Of a stretch of DNA of 64,000 bases, positions 1-12,118 are shown one piece after another. Numbering within the stretch: the first letter of the stretch is position 1; every line of letters starts with the position of its first letter. The position numbers and the translations under genes were made by a program. This DNA is from Mobula hypostoma (lineage: Eukaryota). A model generated the notes under the pieces. That model was not told the DNA's origin. It saw only the letters and a list, made by a program, of their open reading frames with translations, and ran no database searches. Location: positions 116,190,001 through 116,254,000 of the forward strand of contig NC_086108.1 in assembly GCF_963921235.1 (NCBI RefSeq), given 5' to 3'.

Positions 1-1221
1 GACGGGGGTAAAATGGAGAGAAACGTTTTGTATGAAGAGCTGATCAGGGAGCGGGTAAAATGAAGAGAAATGTTTTGTATGAAGAGCTGATCGGGGGTAA
101 AACGGAAATGAAACGTGTTGTATGAAGAGTTGATGGGGGTAAAATGGAGAGAAACGTTTTAGAACATAGAACATAGAATAGTACAGCACAGTACAGGCCC
201 TTCGGCCCACAATGTTGTGCCGACCCTCAAACCCTGCCTCCCATATAAGCCCCCACCTTAGATTCCTCCATATACCTGTCTAGTAGTCTCTTAAACTTCA
301 CTAGTGTATCTGCCTCCACCACTGACTCAGGCAGTGCATTCCACGCACCAACCACTCTCTGAGTAAAAAACCTTCCTTTAATATCCCCCTTGAACTTCCC
401 ACCCCTTACCTTAAAGCGATGTCCTCTTGTATTGAGCAGTGGTGCCCTGAGGAAGAGGTGCTGGCTATCCACTCTATCTATTCCTCTTATTATCTTGTAC
501 ACCTCTATCATGTCTCCTCTCATCCTCCTTCTCTCCAAAGAGTAAAGCCCTAGCTCCCTTATTCTCTGATCATAATGCATAATTTCGAAACCAGGCAGCA
601 TCCTGGTAAATCTCCTCTGTACCCTTTCCAATGCTTCCACATCCTTCCTATAGTGAGGTGACCAGAACTGGACACAATACTCCAAGTGTGGCCTAACCAG
701 AGTTTTATAGTGCATCATTACATCGCGACTCTTAAACTCTGTCCCTCGACTTATGAAAGCTAACATCCCATAAGCTTTCTTAACTACCCTATCCACCTGT
801 GAGGCAACTTTCAGGGATCTGTGGACATGTACCCCGAGATCCCTCTGCTCCTCCACACTACCAAGTATCCTGCCATTTACTTTGTATTCCGCCTTGGAGT
901 TTGTCCTTCCAAAGTGTACCACCTCACACTTCTCCGGGTTGAACTCCATCTGCCACTTCTCAGCCCACTTCTGCATCCTATCAATGTCTCCCTGCAATAT
1001 TTGACAATCCTCTACACTATCTACATGAAGTATGAAGAGCTGATTCGGGAGCCGGTAAAATGGAGAGAAGCGTTTTGTATGAAGAGCTGATCGGGGGTAA
1101 AACGGAAATGAAACGTGTTGTATGAAGAGTTGACGGGGGTAAAATGGAAGAAACGTGTTGTATGAAGAGCTGACGGGGATAAAATGAAGATGAAATGTGT
1201 TGTATAAAGAGTTGATCGAGG
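1..1221. repeat. ~35-bp minisatellite (gtatgaagagctgatcgggggtaaaatggagagaaacgttt-like), split by a CR1 insertion
   Basis: Units at 1-160 and 1030-1221; the unit register resumes across the insert (gaaacgtttt | gtatgaagagc). Confidence 0.85.
161..1029 (-). mobile_element. CR1 LINE, 5'-truncated (RT C-terminus + 3' UTR)
   Basis: ORF 227-997 (WQMEFNPEKC, LVRPHLEYCVQFWSP, ERRRMRGDMIEVYK, FFTQRVVGAWNALP); (ttctatg)n tail at 161-180. Confidence 0.93.
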
Positions 1222-2435
1222 GTAAAATGGAGATGAAACGTGGCAGTGAGGGATTTTAGTTTCTTGCAGAGTACAAATTTGTTCAGAGTGCTGACTGACT
1301 GTTTTGGCAATTGAATTCGTACTGAATTTTGTTGTTTGAAGGAATTAGTTGTTGGTGGTCTGTCTGTACTGCTGTTGCCCCTGTGGTCCCCAGTTTGGTT
1401 CAATCCTCTCTGCATTTATTGAATTGCACTCCTGCACTAATTAGTTAATTAATCTGAGAATTCCTCAATCAGCACAGAGCAGTCAAAGGGCCAGTTTGGA
1501 GACGTCAGCAATAGAGAGAGAGAGAGGGCTTTAGGTGAAAGGAGAGCCAGTGACTCAGCACAAATGAACCAAACTCCATGGCAGACTGTGAATTAAGGAA
1601 ATGGCTGAGAAATTTAACAAATGCTTCATGTTGTAGTGGGAATAAATACAGAGAGGGGAATGTAACATGCCTCAGGTGAATGAGGGATGAATATTCTTTG
1701 CTTTAGTTAAAAGAAAAGTTTTGGGGTAATTAATGGGAGTGAAAGCTGATAAATCCCTTTGACTTGGTGACATGTATCTCAAGGATCAATTGTTCATTTT
1801 ATTATCAAAATACGTATGCAGAATACATCTCTGAGATTTGTCTTCCCCAGATAGCCATAAAATGTAGAAAAAAACAAAGAAGCGGTTGAAAGAAAGACAT
1901 CAATACACCCTCCCCCCCACCTGCATGAAAAGGAAAAGGAATGGGAACTAGGATCTAGGAAAAGCTCCTTCCCCAAGGCCAATCTATTTCTGAGTGGACT
2001 TTCAGAACATGTACACTTCAGCACTATTTTTTGTTCTCTTTTTGCACTAGTTATATAATTTTATTTATAATATATGTGCATATTTCTAATTGTAATTTAT
2101 ACTTTTTTATTTTTACGTATTGCACTGTACTGCTGCCATAAAACAACAATTTTCATGACATATGCCAGTGACATTAAACCTGATTCCGATTCTGATTTAC
2201 AAAGAGGTATGTTGGCACAGAGCTGATCGCTGATTGTCACCTTCCAGAAGAGGTCCTGGACAATGATGTGGGAGAGAGAGAGGGGTGATATTGCAATTGG
2301 GGATATGGGGAGAAGGAGGAAAGGATGAAAATGGAATGGTAGGGAGGGAAGAGTTATGAAGGAATTGCTTTATTATTATTGTAATGAGAGAGTGCATTGA
2401 GATAGAACAAGGTAAAACAATAATAATGCAGAATA

Positions 2436-2619
2436 CATCAAAGTTGCTGGTGAACGCAGCAGGCCAAGCAGCATCTATAGGAAGAGGCGCAGTACGACGA
2501 AGGGTCTCGGCCTGAAACGTCGACTGCGCCTCTTCCTATAGATGCTGCTTGGCCTGCTGCGTTCACCAGCAACTTTGATGTGTGTTGCTTGAATTTCCAG
2601 CATCTGCAGAATTCCTGTT
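2436..2619 (+). mobile_element. Short Penelope-derived fold-back insert
   Basis: 13-bp TSD ataatgcagaata (2423-2435 / 2620-2632); ~58-bp inverted arms 2436-2493 / 2523-2580; similar to the Penelope 3' terminus at 10345-10480. Hammerhead core is truncated at the inversion point. Confidence 0.85.
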
Positions 2620-2634
2620 ATAATGCAGAATAAT

Positions 2635-3002
2635 AGTGTCTGAAAGAGGATGCTGTCCAAGTTGCATTCCATCTTGGACAATGTCTCCCATCCACTACAT
2701 AATGTACTGGTTGGGCACAGGAGTACATTCAGCCAGAGACTCATTCCACCGAGATGCAACACTGAGCGTCATAGGAAGTCATTCCTGCCTGTGGCCATCA
2801 AACTTTACAACTCCTCCCTTGGAGGGTCAGACATCCTGAGCCAATAGGCTGGTCCTGGACTTATTTCCTGGCATAATTTACATATTACTATCTAATTATT
2901 TATGGTTTATATTGCTATATTTATACTCTGTTCTTGGTTGGTGCAACTGTAATGAAACCGAATTTCCCCTGGGATCAATAAAGTATGACTATGACTATGA
3001 CT
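2635..3002 (+). mobile_element. Rex1/Babar LINE 3' fragment (young family)
   Basis: MLSKLHSILDNVSHPLH...RHRKSFLPVAIKLYN; aataaa followed by (ctatga)n tail. Confidence 0.8.
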
Positions 3003-3677
3003 AAAGTGTAACAGAAAGTTCATTGCAGGTAAACAATAAAGTACAAGATCATAACAAGGTCAATTGTAAGGTACAGAGTGCACCTTATTGTACCAGGGAA
3101 CCAATCAAGAATCTGGGGCAGTGGGGCAGGAGCTTTCCTTGAGACTGGGGATATGTGCTTTCATGCCTTTGAATCCTCTGCCTGATGGGAGAAGGGAGCA
3201 GAGAGAATGTCTAGGATGGGTGGGGTCATTGATTATGCCGGCTGCTTTACCGCAGCAGTAAGTGGACAGTCCAGGCTGCTTACTTTGATGTGCTGAGCTG
3301 TGTCGACGACTCTCTACAATTGCTTGCCATCACGTGCAGAGCAGTTGCCTTACATCCTGACTTGTGGTGAGGGTCAAGAGGGACATACCGAACTTCGACA
3401 GCCTCCTCCGGTAGCAGGAGTGTTGGTGCATTCTCTTGGCCAGGACACCAGCATGGCTGGACCAGGACAAGCTACAGCTGATGAGCACGTCTTACAACTT
3501 TAAGCACTCATCCCTCTCTTTGGTTTTGTTGACATAGATGGAAAGGTTGTTGTCATGGCAACATTCCACTGTGCTCTCCATCTCCTTCCACTACACCGAC
3601 TCATCATCATTTCAGATACAGCCCACTATGGTGTTGTAGTCTGCAAACTTGTAGATAGAGTTAGACAGGAATCTGGC

Positions 3678-5646
3678 CACACTGTCGTGAGTGTACAGGG
3701 AGTAGAGTGGGGATTGAGGACACAGTCGTGAGTGTACAGGGAGTAGAGTGGGGGTTGAGGACACAGTCGTGAGTGTACAGGGAGTAGAGTGGGGGTTGAG
3801 GACACTGTCGTGAGTGTACAGGGAGTAGAGTGGGGGTTGAGGACACAGTCGTGAGTGTACAGGGAGTAGAGTGGGGATTGAGGACACAGTTGTGAGTGTA
3901 CAGGGAGTAGAGTGGGGATTGAGGACACAGTCGTGAGTGTACAGGGAGTAGAGTGGGGGTTGAGGACACTGTCGTGAGTGTACAGGGAGTAGAGTGGGGG
4001 TTGAGGACACAGTCGTGAGTGTACAGGGAGTAGAGTGGGGGTTGAGGACACAGTCGTGAGTGTACAGGGAGTAGAGTGGGGGTTGAGGACACAGTCGTGA
4101 GTGTACAGGGAGTAGAGTGGGGGTTGAGGACACAGTCGTGAGTGTACAGGGAGTAGAGTGGGGGTTGAGTACACAGTCGTGAGTGTACAGGGAGTAGAGT
4201 GGGGATTGAGGACACAGTCGTGAGTGTACACGGAGTAGAGTGGGGGTTGAGGACACAGTCGTGAGTGTACAGGGAGTAGAGTGGGGGTGTTGACACAGTC
4301 GTGAGTGGACAGGGAGTAGAGTGGGGGTTGAGGACACAGTCATGAGTGTACAGGGAGTAGAGTGGGGGTTGAGGACACAGTCGTGAGTGTACAGGGAGTA
4401 GAGTGGGGGTTGAGGACACAGTCGTGAGTGTACAGGGAGTAGAGTGGGGATTGAAGACACAGTCGTGAGTGTACAGGGAGTAGAGTGGGGGTTGAGGACA
4501 CAGTCGTGAGTGTACAGGGAGTAGAGTGGGGGTTGAGTACACAGTCGTGAGTGTACAGGGAGTAGAGTGGGGATTGAGGACACAGTCGTGAGTGTACACG
4601 GAGTAGAGTGGGGGTTGAGGACACAGTCGTGAGTGTACAGGGAGTAGAGTGGGGGTGGAGGACACAGTCGTGAGTGTACAGGGAGTAGAGTGGGGGTTGA
4701 GGACACAGTCGTGAGTGTACAGGGAGTAGAGTGGGGGCTGAGAACACAGTCGTGAGTGTACAGGGAGTAGAGTGGGGATTGAGGACACTGTCGTGAGTGT
4801 ACAGGGAGTAGAGTGGGGGTTGAGGACACAGTCGTGAGTGTACAGGGAGTAGAGTGGGGGTGTTGAGGACAGAATCGTGAGTGTACAGGGAGTAGAGTGG
4901 GGGTTGAGGACAGAGTCATGAGTGTACAGGGAGTAGAGTGGGGGTGTTGACACAGTCGTGAGTGTACAGGGAGTAACGAGGGGGTTGAGGACAGAGTCTT
5001 GAGTGTACAGGGAGTAGAGTGGGGGTTGAGGACACTGTTGTGAGTGTACAGGGAGTCGAGTGGGGGTGTTGACACAGTCGTGAGTGTACAGGGAGTAGAG
5101 TGGGGGTGGAGGACACAGTCGTGAGTGTACAGGGAGTAGAGTGGGGGTGGAGGACACAGTCGTGAGTGTACAGGGAGTAGAGTGGAGGTTGAGGACACAG
5201 TCGTGAGTGTACAGGGAGTAGAGTGGGGGTTGAGGACACAGTCCTGAGTGTACAGGGAGTAGAGTGGGGGTGGAGGATACAGTTGTGAGTGTACAGGGAG
5301 TAGATTGGGGGTTGAGGACACAGTCAGTGTACAGGGAGTAGAGTGGGGGTTGAGGACACAGTCGTGAGTGTACAGGGAGTAGAGTGGGGGTGGAGGACAC
5401 AGTCGTGAGTGTACAGGGAGTAGAGTGGGGGTTGAGGACACGGTCGTGAGTGTACAGGGAGTAGAGTGGGGGTTGAGGACACGGTCGTGAGTGTACAGGG
5501 AGTAGAGTGGTGGTTGAGGACACGGTCGTGAGTGTACAGGGAGTAGAGTGGAGGTTGAGGACACAGTCGTGAGTGTACAGGGAGTAGAGTGGGTGGCTGA
5601 GAACAGTCGTGAGTGTACAGGGAGTAGAATGGGGGTTGAGGACACA
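3678..5646. repeat. 41-bp minisatellite, ~48 copies, derived from Rex1/Babar RT coding sequence
   Basis: Unit gtcgtgagtgtacagggagtagagtgggggttgaggacaca (period 3725 to 3766); minus strand reads CVL.P / LYSLYTHDC. Confidence 0.95.
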
Positions 5647-6261
5647 AGCTTATGTTTAGAATAATTGTAGTGGAGGAATTGCTGCCATCACAGAGCAGGT
5701 ACGAGAGGCTGGGGACCCACAGAGTATTTGAGGAATAGGTTCTTCCCCTCCACCATTAGATTTTGGAATGAACATTGAACCCATGGACTATTTTACACTT
5801 TTTTGCACTAATTATTCATTTTTACATATACCTAATGTAATTCGTAGGATTTTTCACATGGGTGTATATCAGATTCTTATCCTGCTTAACCTTCCTGATT
5901 GTGGCATGTTGGTGAAAAAGTCTAGGATCCTGTTGCAGAGAGAGGCGTTAACTCCCAGGGTTCAGGGTATTTTGTTTGAAAAGATGGTGAGTAAACGGAT
6001 TTACAGACCCATTCTCCTGACATCAGCAGTAGGGAATCTGCCAGAATTTCTCTTTAATGATGTTGTTTCTGTAAGTAATACTGAAATTGGGCAGAGTCAT
6101 CATGACTTTATAAAAGGAACACCAGGCTTGCCAAATCTGTTGGAGATTTTTGATGTTGTGACTGGCAGAATGAATAAAGAGGACAATAGACTGAGATCTT
6201 TGGACACTCCACTCCCCAAACTGTTTTATAATAGGCTGTTAACCACAAATAGGATTGCCAT

Positions 6262-6985
6262 ATCCACTCGGTGGCCATCCATTAATTACATCTGCTTGTT
6301 AATACTGTAAATAAAATCAGCCAATCATGTGGCAGCAACTCAATGCACAAAAGCATGCAAACATGGTCAAGAGGTTCAGCTGCTGTTCAATCCAAACATC
6401 AGGATGTGGAAAAAATATGATCTAGGTGACTTTGACCGTGGATGAATGTTGGCGCCAGACAGGGTGGTTTGAGTATCTCAGAAACTGCTGATCTCCTGGG
6501 ATTTTCATGCACGGCAGTCTCTAGAGTTTACAAAGATGGTGTGAAAACCAAAAAAACATCCAGTGAGTGGCAGTTCTGTGGGTCGAAACACCTTGTTAAT
6601 GAGAGAGGTCAGAGGTGAATGGCCAGACTGGTTCAACAGTAACTCAGATAACTACGTGTTACAACAGTAACTCAGATAACTACGTGTTACAACAGTAACT
6701 CAGATAACTATGTGTTACCACAGTAACTCAGATAACTACGTGTTACAACAGTAACTCAGATAACTATGTGTTACCACATGTTAGATAACTACATGTTACC
6801 ACAGTAACTCAGATAACTACGTGTTACCACAGTGGTGTGCAGAAGAACATCTCCGAATGCACAACATCTCAAAGCTTGAAGTGGATGGGTCCCAGCAGCA
6901 GAAGACCACCAACAGAAGCTCAGTGGCCACTTCATTCAGTGCAGGGGGTTCTGTAAATAAAGGCCTGGACTTGGACTGCAAACAG
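6262..6985 (+). mobile_element. Non-autonomous Tc1/mariner derivative (transposase N-terminal HTH remnant)
   Basis: Decayed DLGDFDRG...GLSISETADLLGFS..VSRVY...ERGQR.MARLVQ...VTQITTCY.SGVQKNISE; the terminal motif ctc(a/g)gtggcca occurs at ~6267 and ~6919. Confidence 0.8.
6637..6834. repeat. 28-bp tandem repeat (~7 copies) inside the Tc1 transposase remnant
   Basis: Unit cagtaactcagataactacgtgttacaa (period 6637 to 6665). Confidence 0.9.
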
Positions 6986-7914
6986 AGAGGAGGAATGAGT
7001 GAGTGATGTTTGCTTTGGGGTAAATGGTGAGTGGGCTGTTACAGAGAGACCACTGGGCCCCAGATGTTCATAACCTTCCGAAGCGATTGGCTTAGTGGGT
7101 CATGGGTAACATGCCGGGTTTGTGGATGACAGCGTCAAATGTCAGGAGAATACGGAAAGGATTCGGGTGGATGTAGAGCAGATAATTCTGCAGACAAAGA
7201 CACGACAGCTGGAATATTTATATGATGTGATATTACCCACTTAAGAAGGAAAACTGATGATGCTGAGAGATTGGATGGTGCGTGTGCAGGGGACCTGGTG
7301 TCTGTCTACACTGGTCACTGAGTGACGCGAGTTCTGTAAAACAATTTGAAAGGTGAGCACAGGGCCAGCCTTTATCACCAGTGCATGTGAGAGCTGACTC
7401 TAGTTACTCTGGGCTTCCGTAAGCCTGGTTCCAGAACACTGACAGCTCTGGCCTTACCACCAACGGAAGAATGTGCCTGCAGCAGATCTGGTTCACCAGA
7501 CTGACTGCAGGGACTGGGGCTTTCCAGCAAACTCTGCGGAAACTGCCTCAGAACTGTAGAGGAGACAAACTCATCAGCCTCTGTCTGTGTACAATTCGGC
7601 TGATGAAGGGAAGGCACATTTATTGGAACCAGGGTCATAGTTTGAACACAAGACCACAGTTCCCCAGGGACAGGAAAAGCAATTTCTGTATCCAGAGCCC
7701 AGTGAAGCTTTGAGATTCTCTATCTCAGAAGCTGTGGAGGCTCCCTCACCAAATCTTTTCAAGGCCAACTTTCAAATGATAAGAAAAAATATTTACCAAA
7801 GGAGGCATTTTGTCTCCCTCGACTGTCCATTATCCCCAAATCCCTTAAATTTAATATTCAAAACCCTTCAAGTCTCAGCCTTGAACAGACTTGGTGAGGA
7901 AATCTCCACAGCTT

Positions 7915-8690
7915 GGAGAGTGGGGGGTGGAGAGAAATGGGACAGTAGATACGGGGTCCCAGGGTGACCCAGGGAGAGGGAGTGGGTGTAGATGGAGTTG
8001 GGACAGTGTGTACAGGGTCCCAGGGTGACAGATGGAGAGGGGAGGGAGTATAGCTAGAGATGGGACAGTGGGTACAGGGTCCCAGGGTGAGGGGAGGGGG
8101 TGTGGACAGAGATGGGACAGTGGGTATAGATCCCATGGTGACCCAGGGTGAGGGGAGGGAGTGTGGATAGAGATGGGACAGTGGGTACAGGTCCCAGGGT
8201 GACAGATGGCGAGGAGAAAGGGTGTGGATAGAGTTTTTCAGTGGATACAGGGTCCCAAGGTGACCCAGGGAGAGGGGAGGGGCTGTGGATAGAGTTGGGA
8301 CAGTGGGTACAGGGTCTTAGGTTGACAGATGGAGAGGGGAGGGGTGTGGATAGAGATTTTCAGTGGGTACAGGGTCCCAAGGTGACTCAGGGAGAGGGGA
8401 GAGAGTGTGGATAGAGTTGGGACAGTGGGAACAGGGTCCCAGGGTGACCCAGGGAGGGGTTGTGGAGAGAGATGGGACAGTGGGTACAGGGTCCCAGGGT
8501 GACAGATGGAGAGGGGAGAGGGTGTGGATAGAGTTTTTCAGTGTGTACAGGGTCCAAGGTGACTCAGGAAGAGGGGAGAGGGTGTGGATAGAGTTTTTCA
8601 GTGGGTACAGGGTCCCAAGGTAACTCAGGGAGAGGGGTGTGGAGAGAGATGATTCAGTGGGTACATGTCCCAGGTGATCCAGGGAGACGG
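7915..8690. repeat. G-rich ~60-bp minisatellite
   Basis: Unit approximately gtggatagagatgggacagtgggtacagggtcccagggtgacagatggagaggggagagg; period 8521 to 8581. Confidence 0.88.
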
Positions 8691-9249
8691 CTGGAGGTGA
8701 GGAAGAGGCGGTGGGTGGGGGGGGAGGGTATTTGTGGAACAAGAATTATTCTGCCTTCACACTGACTTAGTGAAGGAGAGAGAGCAGTAGCATCCACTTC
8801 CCCAAAATTCCTCATCTCTGAGAGTTTCTCCCTGTGATGTGAGGTTTGCTGGAATTGCTGATAAAAGCAGGAATGATCAGCACTTCTGTAGCAACACAGA
8901 CTGCAAGTTGCTCTGCTCAAAGACGCAAAGCCAATTATTTCTGAATCTGAGAGCCGGTTCGAACGCTCCCAGCCACTCTGACAGCCGCTCAACATCAGCC
9001 CACAACATACAGCCTCATATCGCACAGCACCTCTCCCCATCATGGGACATCCCAGGGAGAGATCAGCCGGCAGAGGGCTTCGTGGAGTGCAGACTGCTTT
9101 AAAGTGGCCTAATGGTGAATGTCTACATCCCAAAAACAACAGTGGGTAATGACCAGTGATCTGATCATTAATGATGAGCTTACCTTAATAATGACTGGAA
9201 GACCATCCAGCCTGCTCCTGTCACTGGACGGTCATCGCTCCTGTTCTGG

Positions 9250-9470
9250 GTGCCACGTAGCAGTTAGTGTAATGTTGTGACCGCACCTGTGACCAGGGTT
9301 CAATTCTGCTGCTGTCTGTACGTTGCAGTCTCTCCCTGTGGTGTGTGTATTCCGTCTGGGTACTCCGGCTTTTTCCCAAATGCTAAAGACGCATGAGTTA
9401 GTTTTGTTAATGGGCTTATTGGGCCGAATGGCCTGTTACCAGGCTGCATCTCTAAATCTAAATATAAAAA
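9250..9470 (+). mobile_element. tRNA-derived V-SINE (HE1-like), degenerate
   Basis: B-box-like gggttcaattc; V-domain-like tccgtctgggtactccggctttttccca; 3' part gggccgaatggcctgtt and an A-rich tail. Confidence 0.65.
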
Positions 9471-10023
9471 TGTCGATCATACCTGAACAGCCTGAGTGTT
9501 GTAATGTGCTCCCCAGCCCCTGTGCTGTAAACCCTGTTGACCTCCGTCAGTGACTGACCCTCTGCCCCTCCCCAAGTCCCAGAACAACAACCATTCATAC
9601 TAATGTTCCCCTTAGTTTGAGATAGTGACTCCTGGAAAGGCCAGACACAGAAATGTTCCTCCTCACACCTGCCTTGATTTTGGGAGGTTTGCACACTTCA
9701 CCGTCACCAATCACTGGAAACTCAACGAGAAGAACCGTGACTCAGCCTTCTCAATCTCTCAGGCTGTGACAGACCAGTTCTCCCATCAGGCTGGTTTGGT
9801 GAATCTTCACTGCTGCTTTGTGCTTTTGTTCGGGTAGGAAAACCATAGCTATACACACGACCCCGAGTTTGGTCTCACCAAGACCCTGTGCACTTGTACC
9901 AAGGCATGTTTACACTTCCACGCAAGCTCCCTTACTAGACAGCCAGCATATCCTTTACCCTTCCGACTGCCAGACAAATGTTTCCTTAATGAATGCCAGT
10001 CGATTTGTCTCTGGGAAAATTCA

Positions 10024-10345
10024 CAGAACATACAGTAGAATAATATAGCACAGTACAGGCCTTTTGGCAAACAATCTTGTTCCAACCCTTTAACCTACTC
10101 GAAGATTAATCTAACCCTTCACTAACACATAGCCCTCCATTTACTTTCATCCATGTACCTATCTAAGAATTTTTTAAATGTCCCCAACTATCTGCCTCTA
10201 CCTTCACCCCAGGCAGGGTGTTCCACACACCCACCACTCTCTGTGTAAAAATCACCCCAGGCAAGGTTTTCCATACACCCACCGGTCTATGTGTAAAAAT
10301 CACCCCAGGCAGGGTGTTCCACACACCTATCACTCTCTATGTAAA
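10024..10345 (-). mobile_element. CR1 3' fragment with internal 48-bp triplication
   Basis: CR1 tail at 10024; caccccaggcagggtgttccacacacccaccactctctgtgtaaaaat repeated at 10205, 10253 and 10301. Confidence 0.75.
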
Positions 10346-11637
10346 CAGAAAATACTCCGCAGATGCTGGAGTCAAAGCAACACTCACAACACGCTGGAGG
10401 AACTCAGCAGGTCAGGCAGCATCTGTGGAAACGATCAGTCAACGTTTCGGGCCGGAACCCTTCGTCAGAACTGAAGAGGGAAGGGGCAGAGGCCCTATAA
10501 AGAAGGTGGGGGGAGGGTGGGAAGGAGAAGGCTGGTAGGTTCCAGGTGAAAAACCAGTAAGGGGAAAGATAAAGGGGTGGGGGAACGGAGGTAGGGAGGT
10601 GTTAGGCAGGAAAGGTGAAGAAGGAATAGGGGAAAACACAATGGGTAGTAGAAGGAGGCGGAACCAAGAGGGAGGACGTAGGCAGCTGGGGGAGGGGGCA
10701 GATTGAAACTGGGATGGGGGAAGGGAGGGGGAGGGAATTACCGGAAGTTGGAGAATTCAATGTTCATGCCCAGGGGTTGGAGACTACCTAGACGGTATAT
10801 GAGGTGTTGCTCCTCCAACCTGAGTTTAGCCTCATCATGACAGTAGAGGAGGCCATGTATGGACATATCTGAATGGGAATGGGAAGCAGAGTTGAAGTGG
10901 GTGGCTACCGGGAGATCCTGTCTGTTTTGGTGGACGGAGCAGAGGTGCTTGACGAAGCGGTCCCCCAATCTGCGTTGGGTTTCACCGATGTAGAGGAGGC
11001 CACACCGGGAGCACCGGATGCAATAGATGACCCCAACAGACTCACAAATGAAGTGTTGCCTCACCTGGAAGGACTGTTTGGGGCCCTGAATGGTGGCAAG
11101 AGAGGAGGTGTAGGGACAGGTGTAGCACTTGCGCTTACAGGGATAAGTGCCAGGTGGGAGATCCGTGGGGAGGGACGTGCGGACCAGGGAGTCGCTGAGG
11201 GAACGATCCCTGCGGAAAGCAGAGTGGGGTGGAGAGGGAAAGAGGTGCTTAGTGGTGGGGTCCTGTTGAAGGTGGTGGAAGTTGTGGAGGATAATGTGCT
11301 GGATCCGGAGGCTGGTGGGGTGGTAGGTGAGGACAAGGGGAACTCTGTCCCTGTTGTGGTGGTGGGAGGATGGGGTGCGGGCCGAAGTGCGGGAAATGGA
11401 GGAGATGCGGGTGAGAGCATCATTGATGACGGCAGAAGGAAAACCACGATCCTTAAAGAAAGAGACGGCAGGTGGGAAACTTTGACTATACCTCTTCCCA
11501 CCCCGCCACATGCAAAAATGCTATTCCCTATTCCCAGTTCCTCCGCCTCCGCCGCACCTGCTCCCGAGATGAGGCTTTCCGTTCCAGGACATCTCCAATG
11601 TCCTCTTTCTTTAAAGATCGTGGTTTCCCTTCTACAG
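10346..11637 (-). mobile_element. Penelope-like retroelement, 5'-truncated and 5'-inverted, with GIY-YIG endonuclease
   Basis: ORF 10738-11511: GVIYCIRCSRCGLLYIGETQRRLGDRF..H...HFN...RLEEQHLIYRLGSLQPLGMN (GIY-YIG). The + strand at 11478-11633 gives DYTSSHPATCKNAIPYSQFLRLRRTCS (PLE RT thumb). Pyrimidine-rich 3' UTR and terminal repeat at 10346-10737. Confidence 0.92.
10436..10473 (-). ncRNA. Minimal type I hammerhead ribozyme motif in the Penelope terminal repeat
   Basis: Minus strand: cagtt-CTGACGA-agggttccggccc-GAAAC-GTT-gactg. Confidence 0.7.
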
Positions 11638-11639
11638 GG

Positions 11640-12118
11640 TGTAAGTGGGAGAAGGTATCAGTGAGGGTGGGAGTGTGTGGGGGTGGGTCAGTGGGGTGGG
11701 TGTCAGTGAGAGGGGGTGTCAGTGGGGTGGGTGTCAGTGGGGGGTGTCAGTGGGAGTGGGTGTCAGTGGGGGGTGTCAGTGAGAGTGGGTTGTCAGTGTT
11801 GGGGCGGGTCAGTTTTGTGGGTGTCAGTAAGAGTGGGTTGTCAGTGTTGGGGTGGGTCAGTGGGAGGGGGTGTCAGTGAGAGTGGGTTGTCAGTGTTGGG
11901 GTGGGTCAGTGGGAGGGGGTGTCAGTGAGAGTGGGTTGTCAGTGTTGGGGTGGGTCAGTTTTGTGGGTGTCAGTGGGTGGGTGTCAGTGAGGGGTGGGAG
12001 TGGGTGTCAGTGAGAAGGGGTGTCAGTGAGAGTGGGGTGTCAGTGTTGGGGTGGGTGTCAGTGAGAGTGGGGTGTCAGTGTTGGGGTGGGTCAGTGGGAG
12101 GGGGTGTCAGTGGGTGAT
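11640..12118. repeat. G/T-rich low-complexity tandem repeat (gtcagtg + G runs)
   Basis: Repeated gtcagtgagagtgggtt and gtcagtgttggggtgg subunits. Confidence 0.85.

Larger units (their letters stand above)
2368..3680 (-). mobile_element. Degenerate Rex1/Babar-type LINE (RT + 3' UTR) with nested inserts
   Basis: Minus strand reads ...YTHDSVARFLSNSIYKFADYNTIVGCI at 3612-3700; 3' UTR-like sequence at 2368-2435 and 3003-3250. Confidence 0.7.

Noticed and set aside
3612..5645. 677-aa and 620-aa ORFs
   Set aside because: They are translations of a stop-free 41-bp tandem repeat, not genes.
5768..6310. 180-aa ORF
   Set aside because: Chance read-through of decayed LINE fragments (YRPILLTS, PNLLEIF are CR1 RT remnants).
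9250..9310. tRNA-like A/B boxes (also ~40840)
   Set aside because: SINE heads with no complete cloverleaf.
10873..11664. 263-aa + strand ORF
   Set aside because: Antisense shadow of the Penelope ORF.
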